Source: a virus (lineage: Duplodnaviria; Caudoviricetes). From it: a DNA stretch of 64,000 nucleotides. Both the position numbers and the translations under genes were made by a program. The notes under the pieces were generated by a model. It searched no databases. It saw only the letters and a list, made by a program, of their open reading frames with translations, and was not told the DNA's origin. Below are positions 63,296 to 64,000 of the stretch, one piece after another; the stretch's first letter is position 1, and every line of letters begins with the position of its first letter. Where the stretch lies: IMG/VR virus record IMGVR_UViG_3300037312_000330, positions 96,001 to 160,000 of that record. The stretch is one strand, 5' to 3'.

Positions 63296-63870
63296 TGGTA
63301 GATCCAAAGAAAATCGGCAAATTGATCAGAATCTGGACCACTGATTCAATATATCGTTCTGCTCCAAGAACACGGCTGCTCAAGAAAAAAGTGGCGGTTC
63401 TGTTAAGTAAGGTGCCTGGACAAAAGTTCCCAAATATTGGCTTTCGACTGCTAGAGATAGACGTATCTCGTCTCAAACATTGGACAGATCTTGTCAGAAT
63501 GTTGGATGACAGCTACCCAGAATCTTTCTCGGGGTCGTTGACTGGTCTCAAGAATTACGAGCGGAATGCTAGCGGTGGACACGTGGATATAGGCAAGGCA
63601 GGTTTCCTGGCTTTCCAAATAGAAATGAAATCCAGTGATTGGCTCTTCAGTTTACGTAGTCTCTACGCACAGTTGCCAAGAGAAGAACGTGAGATTGAAG
63701 ACGATGCGGGATTCACGATAAAAGAATATCTGGAGCAAGACGAGGTCGTTGCACGACCAGGAACTCTAAGACGCAGTCTACGAGAGGGTCGCGCTAGTCT
63801 GATAGGGGCAGCCGCCCCACATTCAAAAATGACATGGTACGCAACGCCTAAGAGAATTAGGAAGATGTGA
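63295..63870 (+). CDS. hypothetical protein
   Basis: TGATG overlap. Confidence 0.7.
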   Translation: MVDPKKIGKLIRIWTTDSIYRSAPRTRLLKKKVAVLLSKVPGQKFPNIGFRLLEIDVSRLKHWTDLVRMLDDSYPESFSGSLTGLKNYERNASGGHVDIGKAGFLAFQIEMKSSDWLFSLRSLYAQLPREEREIEDDAGFTIKEYLEQDEVVARPGTLRRSLREGRASLIGAAAPHSKMTWYATPKRIRKM

Positions 63871-64000
63871 TGACAATCAACAAGCGAGCACAGACATTCG
63901 ATCTATCGCAGGTGCGGCTTCAGCCGCACGGCAAGACGTCATACGACATCTTTGTAGGTAAGGAGGAAGTTGGCGGTATCGACTTCACTGTCGATTTAAA
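63870..64000 (+). CDS. 5' end of hypothetical protein (truncated)
   Basis: ATG 63870 overlapping previous stop. Confidence 0.5.
   Translation, partial: MTINKRAQTFDLSQVRLQPHGKTSYDIFVGKEEVGGIDFTVDL

Noticed and set aside
1-64000. Stop-codon reassignment, CRISPR array, tRNA genes
   Set aside because: Genes are intact in the standard code using all three stops; no regularly spaced repeat-spacer array or tRNA cloverleaf recognised by eye (tRNAscan-SE would be decisive)

Overview
This window reads as part of a large (jumbo-type) tailed phage genome, not a bacterial chromosome. About 130 tightly packed, mostly short genes run almost all on the + strand; the only - strand block is 59758-61605. Recognisable replication and nucleotide genes: split type IIA topoisomerase (GyrB-like, and GyrA-like lacking the CTD), class Ia ribonucleotide reductase nrdA/nrdB, a RuvC-like resolvase, two HNH nucleases, Nudix, HD and 2H phosphoesterases, and a possible divergent sigma factor. 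It also carries many host-like small regulators: Hfq-like, acyl carrier protein, ClpS-like, KGG stress protein, RMF-like, an L7/L12- or EF-Ts-like module, and DUF3567 (which suggests a Burkholderiales host, by inference). Two chromatin-like proteins stand out: an AT-hook plus acidic-tail (HMGA-like) protein and a histone H1-like protein. Non-coding highlights seen directly in the sequence: three promoter modules each with tandem 17-bp palindromes TGCCTA-N5-TAGGCA; a duplicated, synonymously diverged gyrB 3' end behind an HNH gene; a predicted H-type pseudoknot abutting a ribosome-binding site; a 96-nt rod hairpin; and a motif shared upstream of nrdA and nrdB. No tRNA, rRNA or CRISPR array was recognised. 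All family calls come from motif recognition by eye, with no database search; several start codons were moved from the ORF track to the first ATG/GTG with a Shine-Dalgarno (SD) sequence.
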